A DNA stretch of 64,000 bases, taken from Bispira polyomma. Lineage: Eukaryota. Below are positions 36,991-51,989 of the stretch, one piece after another. A program made the position numbers and the translations under genes. The notes beneath the pieces are model-generated. The model was not told the DNA's origin. It did not search any database and was given only the letters and a program-made list of their open reading frames with translations. Each line of letters opens with the position of its first letter. Position 1 is the first letter of the stretch. Location of the stretch: the NCBI GenBank assembly GCA_965649765.1, contig OZ287750.1:59954001-60018000 (forward strand), in the 5' to 3' direction.

Positions 36991-39900
36991 AAGTAGTATA
37001 GTAGTATATAGTAGTATATAGTACACCAAAATAAATATTGAAAATATATATATATATTTAACTCTTGCAGCAAATTTGGAGATCCATACACATGACACAG
37101 TTCTCTTGACAGCTAAGATGCTTCAACACACTACAGATATTTGATCGTTTTATTATTTCCCAAACTCTTATGATGCTTACCCAAATAAGAATTTTTTGTT
37201 TGTTAATTTTTAGGGCAATTCAGAGAACAAGACAAAATAAGCAACTAAGACTATTACTTTACAAACTACTTTGGCTAAATGTTAAAGGCCTTATTTTAAA
37301 ATGTGACCAAAACAAGTAGCAATTGAATCTGCAATGTATATCTTTCAAATACATTACATTTCAAATGCAAATCCAATCCAACTTGTTTTATATATATCAT
37401 ATTACCGTCTAACTGAAGCTTTTAACTGTATACGGTTCCTAATCATGCCTGGCAGTAGTATTTTAAAGTCAGAGTATGCACCCTAGTCTTTGTATATAGT
37501 ACCACCAGCAGATTAGTAACTACAAAGACTCCCCCACAAAAGAGCCTTGCCATATTTCATCCTAAGCCTTTAACTCTAAGATCTTTCATACACAGTACCC
37601 CTCCCCCTAATGATGGATTACCCCCAGTCCTTCCCTCCCTTACCCCCATCTCTCCCCCTTCAGTCTAATCTGGTTTGGTGACAGCAGTCAGTTATCTTCC
37701 TCTGTAATTGTCTACACTAGAGTGGTCAGCCTACACTAAACTACATTTATCAACTACATCGTCCATTGTCTGTAACTCACACAGAACAACTGCAACTGCT
37801 TTTACTATACAGTGAAACTTGTATATAAGACAACCACACTAGGGAATCAGTCAAAATGATCACTGATTGTCTTTAAAAATCTTGAGGTGGGGGGGGGGGG
37901 GGAGGGCGATATTTAGATATATTGTGATAATTTTTATAAAAAAGAGTTGTCTTAAAAAATAAGAAATAGTGGACACACTGTAAAAGACACTAACGTTGAT
38001 ATAGTATCATTATTAATACTTAGCCCCGCTTGGCACCCCTACAAAAATTAATCTGACACCCCTCAGTTTGAACAGGTCGATAACTCCCAACCAATTAATG
38101 AAGGCCTTTTCTTATTTATTTCAAAGATGGCGGCACCCTTTCAAAATGAAAACAATATCAGCCTGTGCTTGATAAAAAAATAGGTATTATTATTATTATT
38201 ATAAAGGCATTTTTATATAATCCAGAGCAATTGACATGTGTGTGTGTATATACTTGTGTTTTTGTGTCTTACTTGTAGTATAAACAACACTAGTATTAAC
38301 AGGCTATTGCATTGTAGGCCCGCTGTGGATCCTTACACTTACTTTTAAGTATATGACATATTTATGCTTACTTTTTGTACATGCAATATACAAACACCAT
38401 ATACACTTAAGCTTTACTTAAGAAAACCTAGGAGAACCAACCTAACTACGTTTTTGAAATACAATTTACAATATACACATTTCCAGCTGGGAATTTATAT
38501 TTATTAATACTTCTCCATCCATTCATTCATTATACCCATTGGGACTGCCAATGGGACTATCAATAAAAACAGTACAATACATACCAGTCTACCTAACTTT
38601 TCGTACACACACAGAATCCTTTACAATTATGTCTACACTTAAAACAAACAAATCCCCCCCTACCCAACTCTCTTAAGAGCCTTGTCATTGCTAAAAAACC
38701 CCCTAATTTCAAGGTCATCAGCACCCTGACCCTTCTCACATCCTGCCATACTACACAGAACCTTGGAGGACCACACACTGATCCCACAACACAGCAAGAC
38801 AAATGGACCAGCCACCTGGGACGTCCACTAAATCTCCCCCAAAGGATGACCCAAACAAATTATGACTTTGTTGCAGAATTATGACCGAGTGGGTCCCACT
38901 GCACAGCGAGGCCTAATCTTTGCTCCGCTGTTCGATTTGGGGCAGGGAGTGGACGGGGTTGTTCCCTCTCCCACTTTCTAAGTCTGACAAACTACTGTAA
39001 AAGTAGTTATGTGCTTTGTGTATGTTTTTGTAGCAATACATATGCCACTGGACTTTTTTATAATGTCAGCACCATCCAGCAAGTATTTGTTTAAAAATAC
39101 AACAGATATCAAAAATATTTTTCAAATATTCCCGCATACTGTATACAATGGAAATTTATTTACACTTTTAGACACTTAAACCTAGCTTTACAAATTTAAC
39201 AGTTCACAGTTTCTTCTATTTTTAGCAGCAAGCAATGCAATAAGGGTTGGCATATTTGTTTGCTATTTTTTTAATCTTTACTCTCCTTTTTAACTTAAGA
39301 AGCCTGATGGTAATAATAATACCTATACCTAAGATCTTTAAAGATCTGTTCTAAAGTCTCTTAAGCCTGATCATGATAGGGTAGTGTATGCCCATTATTC
39401 ACTTACAATTCATTCAGTTGGGGTATTTTTCTTGATGAACATGCACTTTTAGTTCAGAATCCCCCAAAACCAATCTACCCCATAATTTTGGTATCAACCA
39501 GAATGTTAAAAAAATCCTCAATATATTCTCTAGTTAAAGTTCACAAACAAAACAAAAGCTTGCAAGAAAAAAAAAATTAAAAAGGAGATATTTCTATTAC
39601 ACTAGATATACATATTCAAATGTATTTTTTCCCTTTCAATTACCAAATTCTACAGACTGAGTTTAAGTTCTATAGAACGACCCCAACAGTCACACTTTAG
39701 CTGATGAATCAAGGGACTCGAGGGAGACATCAAATTGCTTTCTCAAATATGCCATGAAATTGTGGCCATTTCCTGGCTTGCCATCCATTTACGGGCTGGT
39801 TTAAATCACATGATTTAATAATAAAATACTGAATGGAAGGACAGAAAAATGAAAAAGGAGGGGGTAATTCTGAAACTGCACCAGTTATTATTGTTATCGA

Positions 39901-42900
39901 TTAACCCTGTGAAGCTGTATATTAGCTTGTTTTGATTAAAAATGATGCATGGATCTGATAAAAGCTGAAAGGGGCAAAAGTTTTAGGGTGGTGGTTTCAT
40001 TGTGTCTGATGTAAAAACACTATGTGTTGGAATCTCTTGTTTTATATTTTCTATCATACATTAACACATGAATTAGACATTTTTAGATATAATTAATCAT
40101 TGTGTGTTAATTGTGATTCAGTTTTATAATATGTAAGACTTGGTACATAATATTTCAAAAAAGAAACATGTTAAAAGACCAAAGTATGCCATCTTGAAGA
40201 AATACTAGTTTGTTCTGGAACAAGAAATTTGACTCTGTATTGCATACGTTTTTAAAAAGGCATTTCAACCAACGACAGTTTATAACATGTAAATTGTTTA
40301 TGGGTCCTCATTATTCAACGTTTCTGTTATATGAATTAAGTTTGGTACAGTTTAAGACGCCAAATATCAACGCCAACTTTACTTTGTAACATATAAAGAG
40401 CCATGACATACATAAATCACAATTGCAATGTAGTATAGCGCTCAATAATTTGACACACATGAACTGGCTTTGTTTTCTTCGTGCTAAAGAGCCCTGTTTA
40501 AAGTTTAAAGCCAATTGCTTGTTGTACCAAGACATAAAAAGCATAAATAAGACTTCAAACTCCACCAGGACAAGCTAATTAAGCACCTATATCAAGGGAG
40601 TGGCTTTTACTGCTGGAAGTGATGTTTGGGTATGAATCTTCATTTAAACACAGATACCTAAAAGACAAGAGGGAGGGGGAGGGGGTTTGGATGGTACATG
40701 TATATATGGGTCAAAAGACTGCTGCTTATGGACCTATATGGGGAAAATTTCCGGCTGAAATGTATGATGTCACTAAAAACACTAATGAAGATCTGGGGCT
40801 CTTTATTCTCCAAAGCAACTCCTGGCCAAAGACTCAACTCAAATGAAAGGTATGAGTAAGTCAGAAATAAACAGACATAACCTGTACTTGCAACCATTCA
40901 TTTTAGATGAGATTTAAGTGCTTAACTAAAGTATGCAGTCCAAATCAAGAAAGCCTAACTCAGGACAGAGATATAGGTAGACCACAGATTTAAGCTTTAG
41001 TCTGAGCCGGAGATGTTTGGAGTATATGGTCCTAGAGGTAAAACTCTAAAAGAGTATACGTATATATAAAGCAGAACCTCAGGAAAGACAACTTTCACAA
41101 AGGGAAGATGTTCCTTGTTGTCTAGACCAAACCTTTTGGTATTGTGCAGGATTTTGCACTTATTAGCAACGCTTATTGTTTATAGTATGTATACAGTAAT
41201 ATACATATACAGTGTGCAGGTTGTGTAGAATTATTAACTTTAACAGTTTCGTCTATTTTGGTTTAAATGTTTTACTATTTTTATCTTCACTCTACTTTTA
41301 CACCTTTTTTAAATGACATTTTAAAGATATATATAGCCATGTTTATGGCTCCCACTTCCTTCCTTACGACTTTGCAATGTCCATGGACCTAATGATTGGA
41401 CCAATGATTCTGCTGTTGCACTTTAGAAGATGCCTAGCATTAATAAAGCGCGTTAAAAATTCATAATACTAATAATAATAATATACATATAGTTTGTGCA
41501 CAATTTTAAGGTCTTAAAAGCAGGTTTCCACCAATTTTGCACCTTCGGATGAGATACAGATATATACCTACAGCTAAAAAGAAATGATGTGTCAGGTAAA
41601 CTTTGCACACCTGTAGGCCTTGTCACAACCTTTTTGATACAGCAAAACCTTTAACAAAAATCTTTAATATGTCTAGCAGTACACTGCCTAAAATATTTGC
41701 TATATAATATATATGATACAGCAAATCTGTGAAATTCTAGTAATGCACATAATCCCTGATTTTGTCAGTAAATATATGGTATGGTAAATATTTTAATGCT
41801 CCCAATGGATGGCATGCATCTTCCAACGCACAGACACAATTGACAATAACACAAAAGTATATACAAATACGCAAGATAAGATATAATAGAAAACATTTCT
41901 ATACATAATACAATCGTAAGCACCCTGCCCTAGATAGTGTTATCATGGGTAATCTTAATAGCTTGGATTTACAAACAGCAATGCCTGCAAATCATCCTTG
42001 GGAATCCTTCCTAAATGTAGTCAGAACATGTTTAAGTTAGATTCTACGATCTCCGATATATTTGCCCAAATCTAAAATCAAACGAGATTAGGTATTCAGT
42101 GGCAAATTTTAACTAGACAATAACAAGCAGGTCTTAACCAAGAGCAAGTTTACCAACGAAAGAAATACATAGTCAACCAGAAGGTCCAACTTAAGTATGA
42201 ATAAAAATATCAAGTTTAAGTTTTGTTTAGCAATGTAGACCATCATCCGTCTGCCAGAATCAGTAAAGCCCACATGATTGACCAGAGTTTTTTTTGGGAG
42301 AATATTTTTTTTTATTGTTTTAGGGAGATAAACAACATGGTATCTAAATTGTGACAAATGCCTGCATTGATCACATCTCTGAAAAAGGTCTGACATTGTC
42401 CTGTGTGTCACACAGATTGTGTTGGAATACTGGCTGCCAAGGTATCTCCCCCCATCACCCCCACTTTTGCCTAATGAAGCCACAGTTCAAGAAAGAGATA
42501 ACTGTACTCTTAAAAGTCCCTTTGGTGTATATACCTTTGGTCCCATACAAACTATTTTAAAAGATGTCATTCCCTTAATTTAAGAGACTCATTTTAAGTG
42601 GACAGCTGAAGCAGTATGTATCTGCCTCTACCTAGTCACCCACAAGCTAAGATAGAACCCAGATCCTCTGCCTCCCTGAGCAAGTGTGTTACCCAATATC
42701 CCACCGCGGCACGTAAATCGATGCAGATATGTTTTTTGCATAAATCCCATGGGGTAGTTGGTGGCCAAGTGGCTGGTATAGTTTCAATGGTTTTAATTGG
42801 TAATTAATTTTCAATTACTTTTTTGATGGACTTTAATGTAAATTGTTAACACTACTAACATTATAGTTTAACACATGTGTTAAATCATTTGTAACAAGTA

Positions 42901-45344
42901 CTAAATCTTCTCTAAAGTGTTGATTTAGTTTGTTTGGTATGACTTTATGAATGCATTGGTTTTAGTCAGACTTGGGTGACTCTTGGATGTAGAATGAACG
43001 GCATTCCTTTTACAATTACATTTCGTACGAAGGGGTGGAGTGTATATGTTTTGATTTGTTTTGGAACGTTGCTCGTCAGTAGCAGGTTGTGTTGGCTCAT
43101 TCTGGCTCTTTTTGCATTAGTGTCAATTAGTAGCAGTTAGTGACCATTGGTTGGTATCAGTGATGTATTAGTGGGCATTCGTTATTGTTTGTGTTATGTC
43201 TTTGTTTCTTATTAGTGCGTGTTAGTGGAGGTACATATCACTTTTGCTTCGTGGCAGTGGAGAGGGATGGGTGGATTTGAGGTGGCTTGTTCATGGACGA
43301 AAGCCCCCGAAACGATGATTTGCTAGATACAATGAATACTGACGAACATCTGTCTGAATAAGACTGAGCCTTACGGTATAGGCAGCTCTTAAAATATCCA
43401 GAGAAAAACAGCATTGAGTAATTCCATTTCTCTTTGGTACATAACAAATGACCTGAATTTACTGGCACTACTATATTACAGGGGTTAGTCATTAAAGCTG
43501 TCACCACAACAGACAGCTCTACAATGAATATTTTACCCCATGTGGCACATAGGGCTGGCTATAGTTCTAAATCTCTGTTTGACATGTGCAAGACATCTCC
43601 TTAGCCTTAAAGGTAAATTTACACTAAACTATAGGCCTTATACTTCAAGGATTTGTGCCACTGCCTACATTTTTGCAAAAACAAAAACCTCTTTTGTTTG
43701 TGTAATTTTGATATTGGTAATACACAGTTATTGAAGGGAAAACTGTTTCCTGCCTTTTAGATGTAGAGTTTTATTTTACTACAGCATTCTGTTTTACATT
43801 CAGATTTTGCTGTTTTCCAAATATAAAGTGAAGAAGGATGATGTTCTTTTCCTCTATCTTTGAACCTTCAGAAGTTGTCACTGCTTTAGCCACTGACTCA
43901 CACATAGCCACGCATAGAGACACACACCCATACTCTATACACCCCCCTCTCCCCATCCCCTCTTTATTAATATTTCAAGATGTTCAGACCCAATGGATCA
44001 CATTTTCACCTAACAATCCCTATAAAAAGAAACTACTCCAGTGAGTGTAGAGGAACAAAAACTACTGACATTTGTTAGGTTTGTGTAGTTCTTTACTGAT
44101 CTTCAGGGAAGGATATCTCTTGTCTCTTCTTTATGTTTGCAATTTTTTGAAAAAAAAAAAAAATATATATATATATTGGAAGACAATGACAACAATAAAA
44201 GTGTGGCGGGGGGGGGGGGGGATTTGTCGAGGTCGTCAGATAATATGTGTAAAAGATTGATCTTCTTCCTGAAATGTGTGCACTAAATTGACCCCTGGGA
44301 CTTCAATAATCCTACCTGGAGCTCATGTTTTGCAGTTAAATTGTGTTTTTTAATGAATCCAATGCTAATAGAGGGTGGAATATTCTCGTGGGGCTTCACT
44401 AGTCTAGTGGTATTACAAGAGCAATGTGCATGTGTAAATAAACCGCCCTCTCAAAAATGTTTTTTTTTTTAAGTCAAAACATAATTTTTTGAGTAAGTAC
44501 AAATGAGAACAGAGGGACATGTTAAGTTAGTTCAGAACTAAAATGTAAGTTTAAAAAGACTGAAATGTTCTACAAATAAAGCCAGAGTCGTGTAACCATT
44601 GACCTTACTAAATGAAACTGAGAAGTATTTCTGGGCTGCCAAACTTATGTGTCAAATGTATACGTATCTTTCCTGAATGTTAATTCATATGTCTGGAATC
44701 AAACGTTGAGAAAGCAGATGCAAGAATTCCTGTGTATTCCCGGTTTCTGATTTTTCTTCTTCTCCTATTTCTCAGCACAACTCCAGAAACTTGATATACC
44801 TTACACTTAATTATAAAGTGGTGTCTTGAATCTTCTAATTTCTCTAAAAATTGATATTAAATACCCAAATGTTTACAGCCAGTGAATAAACAGTTGATAA
44901 ATACAACATTATTGTAAAAAGAAAACCACTAATTCATTTTGATCTTTCCATAAAGAAGGCATTCTAAGGTATCCCTATGTGAATTTAAAACATTTGAATA
45001 CCATTTGTTACAGCAACAGTGTTTTTCTAAAACAAAACCTTTAGCTTTAATAGAAAGGGCTTTGTAGTGTAGTTCTGTGCAGAGATCACGGCAGGTGTTC
45101 CTTACAATTGTCACATGCGTTATTCATGACACAAACTCTGTCTTTGTATTGTAAGAAAGAAGCTAAAGATGGGACTCTAGAATGAATGAAACATGACATA
45201 GATGAACTTCTTAAAAATGTAGCAGTGAGTTGGGTAATTAATCTTTAAGAAACAGATTTTTACAAAGGACACATATTGTGTATATCAGTGTCTAAAAATC
45301 ATCACTATTCTAACCTGTATCTCTTTAAATTAAAAAAAATAATT

Positions 45345-46135
45345 TACTTGGATTTTAGGTCGCTTTCAACGGCTTGTGTGGAATTCACACATTTGCATTC
45401 TATACAGCTGCTTACTCCCAATGGCAAGAACTTGTGTGATCTGGAGTAAACGTCCAACTTCTAGGCATAAGCTGCAGAGATTGGCAAGAACCGGAGGCAG
45501 AGCCAGAGATTTTGATCATATTCAAAACTTTTGTGGGTGGTCGGCTCAAAAAGCACAACTGGAGAGAACTGGAGACAAGGGTATGGTTGGTGCTTAAACG
45601 GGGCATAAACTGCTTTGTACTTGTTTGATTTGGACTCGACTGTTGTAATCTGGTGTCATCTGGAGCAAACCTTGCATACAGATGCGTTGACCTGATGATC
45701 TGATATGGTCTGGGCATGAACTGGCAATAAACTTGTGAAAACTGGTACAAACTGGATATATCATAGGCATAGGCTAGGCATAAACAGGTCATATCCTGGG
45801 TATAAACTGGACATATCCTGGGCATGGTGAATGATATGCAAATGAGCATTTTTACCCATTCTCCCAGATCAAAGTCAAGTTCTAATGATCTGGGATAATC
45901 TGGTATAAATGTGGAGAGAACTTGTGTGATCGCTACATAAGGTCATATCTTGAAGGCGAGATTGAACGTTCGAAGAAACCAGTGCTGAAGCAACTGTAAA
46001 CCACCAACCTATGGCAAGTACCTGACAAACTCGCCCATATGACAAAACAAACATGATTTGAACCCACATTGGTGAGAAGAGGCCAGTGATTGTGAAGCAG
46101 GTGCTTTTAACCACTATGCCACCTCAACCGGTCCC
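45345..46135 (-). mobile_element. SINE interrupted by an insertion of about 560 bp (about 45375-45935) rich in ATAAACTGG repeats
   Basis: SINE head and core at 45935-46135 (TGGCATAGTGG, GGTTCAAATC); SINE tail at 45345-45372. Confidence 0.6.
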
Positions 46136-46459
46136 AAGTAATATCTCTTCCAACTCTGGTTAGCATAGCTCAGTAAAATATGAGTTTCATATGAAATCAT
46201 CTCCTATAAGTGCTTTAATATAGCCCGACAGTTTTCTTATAAGAACTATCGAATGAAGAAAATCTTAATGGATATAAGTAGAAGCAAAGGAAATGTATAA
46301 TCAACACATGCAAGTGCCACTACCACCTTAGTCTTATACAGATCTAATTAACTAGAGTGGTGTCCTATCAAAATCGATACCTCAAACTAAACAAGAGCCA
46401 TACTCTCATATATAGAACACCATAAACCCTGCAATATTTACCTCCATACACCAGGCCAG

Positions 46460-46566
46460 GGCCCGTATTCACGAAAGGACTTAGCCAGGTCTTAGGCTTA
46501 AATCTAGCACAAAAGTATACTGATTTAAGCCTAAGACCTGGCTAAGTCCCTTCGTGAATACGGCTC
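46460..46566. mobile_element. 107-bp hairpin Harbinger-like MITE, CAG TSD
   Basis: 45-bp near-perfect inverted arms starting GGCCCGTATTCACGAA, 17-nt spacer; CAG at 46457-46459 and 46567-46569. Confidence 0.93.
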
Positions 46567-47550
46567 CAGTGGTCTCTAAAGAAATCTAATCTCAAACTCA
46601 ACTCAAAAGAAGGCTACCTGTTATTGTTGTACATGGAAAAAAACCTATACTTGTAACCATTTCAACAGAGCTTTCGGCACTGAATTCAAATAAGTAGTCA
46701 TATTTTTTTCTCTCAACAGTGGTATGTGTACCTTAGATGTTAGCTTGGATCTTGAGTGAGAAGCTTGAGAATTTTTTTAAAGCCCACAGCCACAGTACAT
46801 ATAGTACACCTTTGTTTGTAACATTCTGCAGACTGCTGTTAAAGTAACAAACAAGACACACACACATGCACCCAAACACACACACATACACACACCCGCC
46901 CATGAAATCACTGACGACAGGTCACTTAATTAGATTTGTTCCCCCATTAAAAGGTCCGTACACGTCTGGCTATCTGGATCTATTACTGGCATTGTAAACT
47001 GAACACAATCCCATTACTTCCCCACCTAGAGGTAGTGAAGAGAACTGAGAGAAATTGATTTTGTCAACACTAACCTATGTTGACATAATGGCTATATCAC
47101 ACAGCACACACTGATTTATGACGCCAATCAGCTGAAAATAGCATCTGTTATCAAAGATTTTTGTCTTGCCAAAAGAAAAAAAAAACGAAATCCCCAAAAC
47201 ATCGACAGATTTTTAAATAATTTGGAATCCTAAAAAAAACAAGTCTGACAGTTTACTTGTGATATGAGTATTCTGATATGCCTTCAAGCAAGGTAATCCA
47301 ATGGTGTATGATTATATATATATATTCAACAAATAAACTTTGAATGGCATTGTTACAGCACCTTTCATTCTGAATGGGAGAGAATCAACGTGGCATGATC
47401 TGTATTGAAACAAAGATTACAGGCTTTTGCAAAAAGATCAAAACCTGTCTGTATCAACTCACTTTTCCACCATCACATATGACTGCTGGTAAGAACTAGA
47501 CTGTTTGATCACAATGTAGCTGTCAGCATGTGTGCCATAGGTGATGTCAG

Positions 47551-49377
47551 GGGCCGGTTTCACCAAACCTTATCTTAAATCTAATGGTTTCCTTAGATTT
47601 TCTCCTTCCTTTAGTAAAGTGTGTTTCACCAAACCTCTTTAAAATAAAAGAGACCTTGAAATTTAAGGTTTCTTCCTTAAATCTTAAGGAAACTCAAAAG
47701 GTACCTTAGTTTCCTCCTTTACATAAATAATCAAGTGTTTTTTTAATTTGTGTATACATTTTAAGCTGTTTTTTGCCTGTTAATTATTTGAAAGTGTAAT
47801 GCAAACATTTAAGAAAGAAATAGTTAGTGAATATTTTATCTGAAAGTAATTATCTTCATCCTAATTATTCATACTGTACACTGTACCAACCATAACTTTA
47901 GTTTTTCATGTAGTATTTAAACAGATCATCCTAAATATTCATAAAAAAGTCCTAAACTCAAACAATACCCCTATATGTAGGTTATAAAACCTAACTTTAA
48001 GCTTATGCTCAAATCAAAATTAAATACTTATTCCTAAATAAGCTTATATTTAAACCCACTTAGAATCCCTAAATATAGGGATTATATTTAAGTTTACAAA
48101 GTCAGTGTCTTTAAATATTTAAGTCTTCCCTGTTATAAGTTAATTAAGCATAGAAATATTTTCTACTTATTTTGAAACACAACCATACTTCCTGGGATTT
48201 TCCCAGTATTGCTCATATAATATTTATATATACATGTACATTGTTTCAATCTATTGTTTAAACAATGTATGAAGTTTTAACATGCTAAAGTCTTGTGAAG
48301 TATTTCTTTTTGTTAATACTTAATAACTGAAAACCTAATTTTTATTTTAAATGTTATTTAGTTTACTTACAGTTATGTTTATATATTACAAAATCACACC
48401 ATTCACAATGTATAAATAAGTACAATAGCACTCTGTATCAAAATCAATAATTAGGTCAAACATGTGCCATGTCTAGTAAAGCAAACAAAATTCTTCCCAT
48501 TATAATATTTGCCATTTCAATGTTAAAATTACAAAAAAAAGTATACTTTTCATTAATGACAATGATTACATATATAAAAAAATAGTTTTAATTAAAATAG
48601 TTCTATAAATATGGTAGATGTTATAAGCCACAACAAAATTTAAGTGCTTTCCTACTAAGGTTAAACCTGTGCCATTATGTAATGTTGTCTTTGCAATTAA
48701 AACCTGTTTATTTATTTCTGTTGTATATACTGTAGTATCAGGACATAATACAGTATGACATATATTAACTAAAATAGTGTTTTAAATGTTTATTAATATA
48801 TCTATTGTCACCTGGATACACACATACTTGGGATATTTATGTTTAAAAGAGAACCAAATTAAAACAAACAGAAAAAAATTCTGTGGGAAAATTGGTATCA
48901 TGTGTTGTAAAATAACCAAACAAATGATACAAATTTACCTGTCGAATTTATGCAATTGTATTAGGATGTATTTTAGACTATTTATTCAGTGATACATGTG
49001 TTGTTTTTCGGATAATTTAGCAAATGAAACTTTTAGTTGGATATGTTTGTGGCCACTGTAAGGTAAAGTATCAGTGCATTATTTTTGCTACTTCAAAATT
49101 TCATGTATTATATTACCAAGAATTCCCTTAAGATTTGACATAATTTTGATAACATACAAAAGCTTATAATTTGTTTTTGCTTACAAATGAAACAGGGATT
49201 TTCATTGGATAACAGTGATAATCTCCCTCCTTTAGTTTAAGGAAAAAACCTTTGGTAAAGAGAATTAAAGGAGGCTTGGTGAAACCGGATTAACTGAAGG
49301 CCTTACCAAAGGAAGGAAAAGCTCCTTCCTTTAGTTAAAGGAGGGAGAAAACTAAGGAGGTTTGGTGAAACTGGCTC
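47551..49377. mobile_element. 1.83-kb non-autonomous Harbinger-like element, CAG TSD
   Basis: TIR GGGCCGGTTTCACCAAACCT / AGGTTTGGTGAAACTGGCTC, subterminal repeats, AT-rich non-coding interior, CAG flanks. Confidence 0.88.
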
Positions 49378-50049
49378 CAGGACATTAAATTGTAGCATTG
49401 TAAATCTTTAACATTAAATGATGGCCCAATACGCTTACCACTCTTCAGCATAGTTACCCAAGTATAAATATATTTCCTTTCACATATCAGTGCTCTGTAA
49501 TTAAATAGAAATATACTACATAAACGCTGATGCCAATGAAACCTTACGCCCATAGTAGGTGCCCTTGTAAGTCCAAAGGTCAAAGGTCAAAATTTAGGCA
49601 ACATCAGAATCTGCACATCACAGACTCCACTAATATTGTATTATTGTTATGACTCAGATGCCATTGTCCAAATGAAGGCCAACAGCTGGCAATAGTACCC
49701 CAAAGTTAATGGCGGAATGCAGAATAACATATCGTAAAAAGGTTTATCTGAAAGACCATCAGAACGGGAGAACACATGTAAAATGTGACCACCTCTGTTT
49801 TCAGACCGTCTTACAGGTTCTTCTAAGATACAATTGGAACAAGAGAAGACATGTAAAATGTGACCACCTGTGTTTATAGACCACTGGTCAGGAATAGGTT
49901 TCTATTAAAACCTATGCTAAGAGAGTACCTCTCCTTTCTATTTTTACTTTTTTTGTGTGCTGACATGTTATGTCACATGACAGGATGGGGTCACCTACAT
50001 AGTCTATTTGTCAATGTTTCAGTTCTCTGTATGAAGAGAGTTTGGAGCA

Positions 50050-50278
50050 GTTTGGTGTGTTTTTGGTTATATTGGTGGCACATTGTTCCCACTGTAGTAG
50101 ACATTAGACACAAACTTACACAGTTAGATGTGTTTTTACTATAGTTTATATTGGTGGCACAAGGTGCCCACTGTAGTAGACATAAGACACAAACTTACAC
50201 AGTTTGGTGTGTTTTACTATGGTTATATTGGTGGCAAAATTCCGTCTTTAGTAGAGATTAGACACAAACTTACACAAT
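50050..50278. repeat. About 72-bp tandem repeat x3
   Basis: GGTTATATTGGTGGCACA...CTGTAGTAGACATTAGACACAAACTTACACAGTT. Confidence 0.9.
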
Positions 50279-51540
50279 TTATTTGATGTACCAATATATT
50301 GGGTAACATCCTCAACATTAGTAAAAACCACAAAAGTAACCTTGTGCAGGCAAAATATAACCCCTCACAAATACAGTTTTTTAAACCTTTGTTTTGTGCC
50401 GAAGAGACAACAATTTGTACAAGGGATTGTTATTTTTTCCTAGAATAGAAGAAACAAATAATAGAGTTTTTGTTATTTCAATTCCCCAGTGAGTGTTGTT
50501 TTACATGTATGTCCATGCATCGACTATTTTTTAAGTGCGCACAAGTAATTCTTGTTAATGGAAGCTTGCATGTAGTAAGCTTTCTTTTGCACACTATTTT
50601 TAGCTATTAATGGATGACAAAAATTGAATGGTCAATAATAATACAGGGCTTGATCAATACACCCAAATGATGCCAAGTATTACAGACACCTTCGATGTAA
50701 ATCAACTATTTCTTTTATTGTAGAGGTAATTTACTCCAACCAGTAAGTAACATGGCCATAGGTAAGCAATTTTAACATGAAACATGCCAACCAAGAGAAG
50801 TAATTATTAGTTGGTGGTTAATTTGAGTCAATTACCAGGAACAGTGAGGGAGACATTTCCACCAAGTACATTTATAGTCACAGTAAAGGTATCTCATTTT
50901 TGATTTTAGGTAACAACAAAACAAACATTTGGCCTTATAAACATATTATTATTGTTTTATGATAATGAATCAATTTGTACAGTGGTAGATTGGTGTACAT
51001 CCTTTCAGATGATTGTTGCCCAAGAAGGAATAGTTCAAAATACAAAAAATATGTCGAAACAAAGAACATGTCATCAGTAAAATGTATTATATTGTTAAAG
51101 TCATAAGACACAGAATGATTGTATGTAGCAGTGGAATAATGACTTAGCATCTATATATAAACAAAGTAGAACCTCCTTCATCTAAACATAAAATAATAGT
51201 GCAATGTTAGTACAAAACACTAGGACAAATTAATACTCACAGATGTGAACATTCAAATAACAGAAGTTCATATAATAGAGGTTCAACTACATATTGGTTT
51301 ATTATAAGTAAATGTATGTATCGAAAAAAAATAGTTACATTATATTATTAGTTAAGTAATTTTTACAGTAACAGGTGTTGCAGTATGTTCTGGAATATAC
51401 AGTAAATGTCATTGTTTTACATCTTTGGGCTACAATTGGTGTGCAGTCATCCTTTGTGGCGCAGATCTTAATCAATATTCAAATGGATAATTCAAAGAAA
51501 AGGTTTGTGATTAGAGTTCAGTCATGACCAGCAACCGAAT

Positions 51541-51835
51541 ATTAGACAGAAAAGCAAGTTCATACAGATGTGTTTTGAGGTTTTCTTCGGAAGCCTGTTA
51601 TTCTTTTTTAGTATGAAAACTGGCATAGAAACTATTCCATTCAGCAGGTGCTGCACCTGATTTTGCCCCGGTTGTTTTTTAGGAAAGAAGTGGTGGAGAG
51701 ACTTTTTCCTCTGATGAGATTGCTGAGAGATAACGTAGATGGTAAGTAGGTTGGCTGATGCACATGGACAGTATATACAGAACACAAACTGTGGCAAGTT
51801 TTTGAAGCAGTAACCATAATGTCGTACTTAACTGG
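51541..51835 (-). mobile_element. Degraded L2 3' fragment of the same family as 8325-9100
   Basis: TVHVHQPTYLPSTLSLSNLIRG vs TVHVHQPAYLSSMLSLSNLTRG. Confidence 0.85.
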
Positions 51836-51989
51836 GGCGTATACATTATTGTTAGATGTATTGGGCAGGATGAGCTTGACATTGATTTTTAATTCCTCAA
51901 TCATAGTACATGAACTTTTTTATAACATTTTACATCTTTTACAAATTATTCATTGTTACTTTTGTTATTAATATTTTAAATATCAGTTG

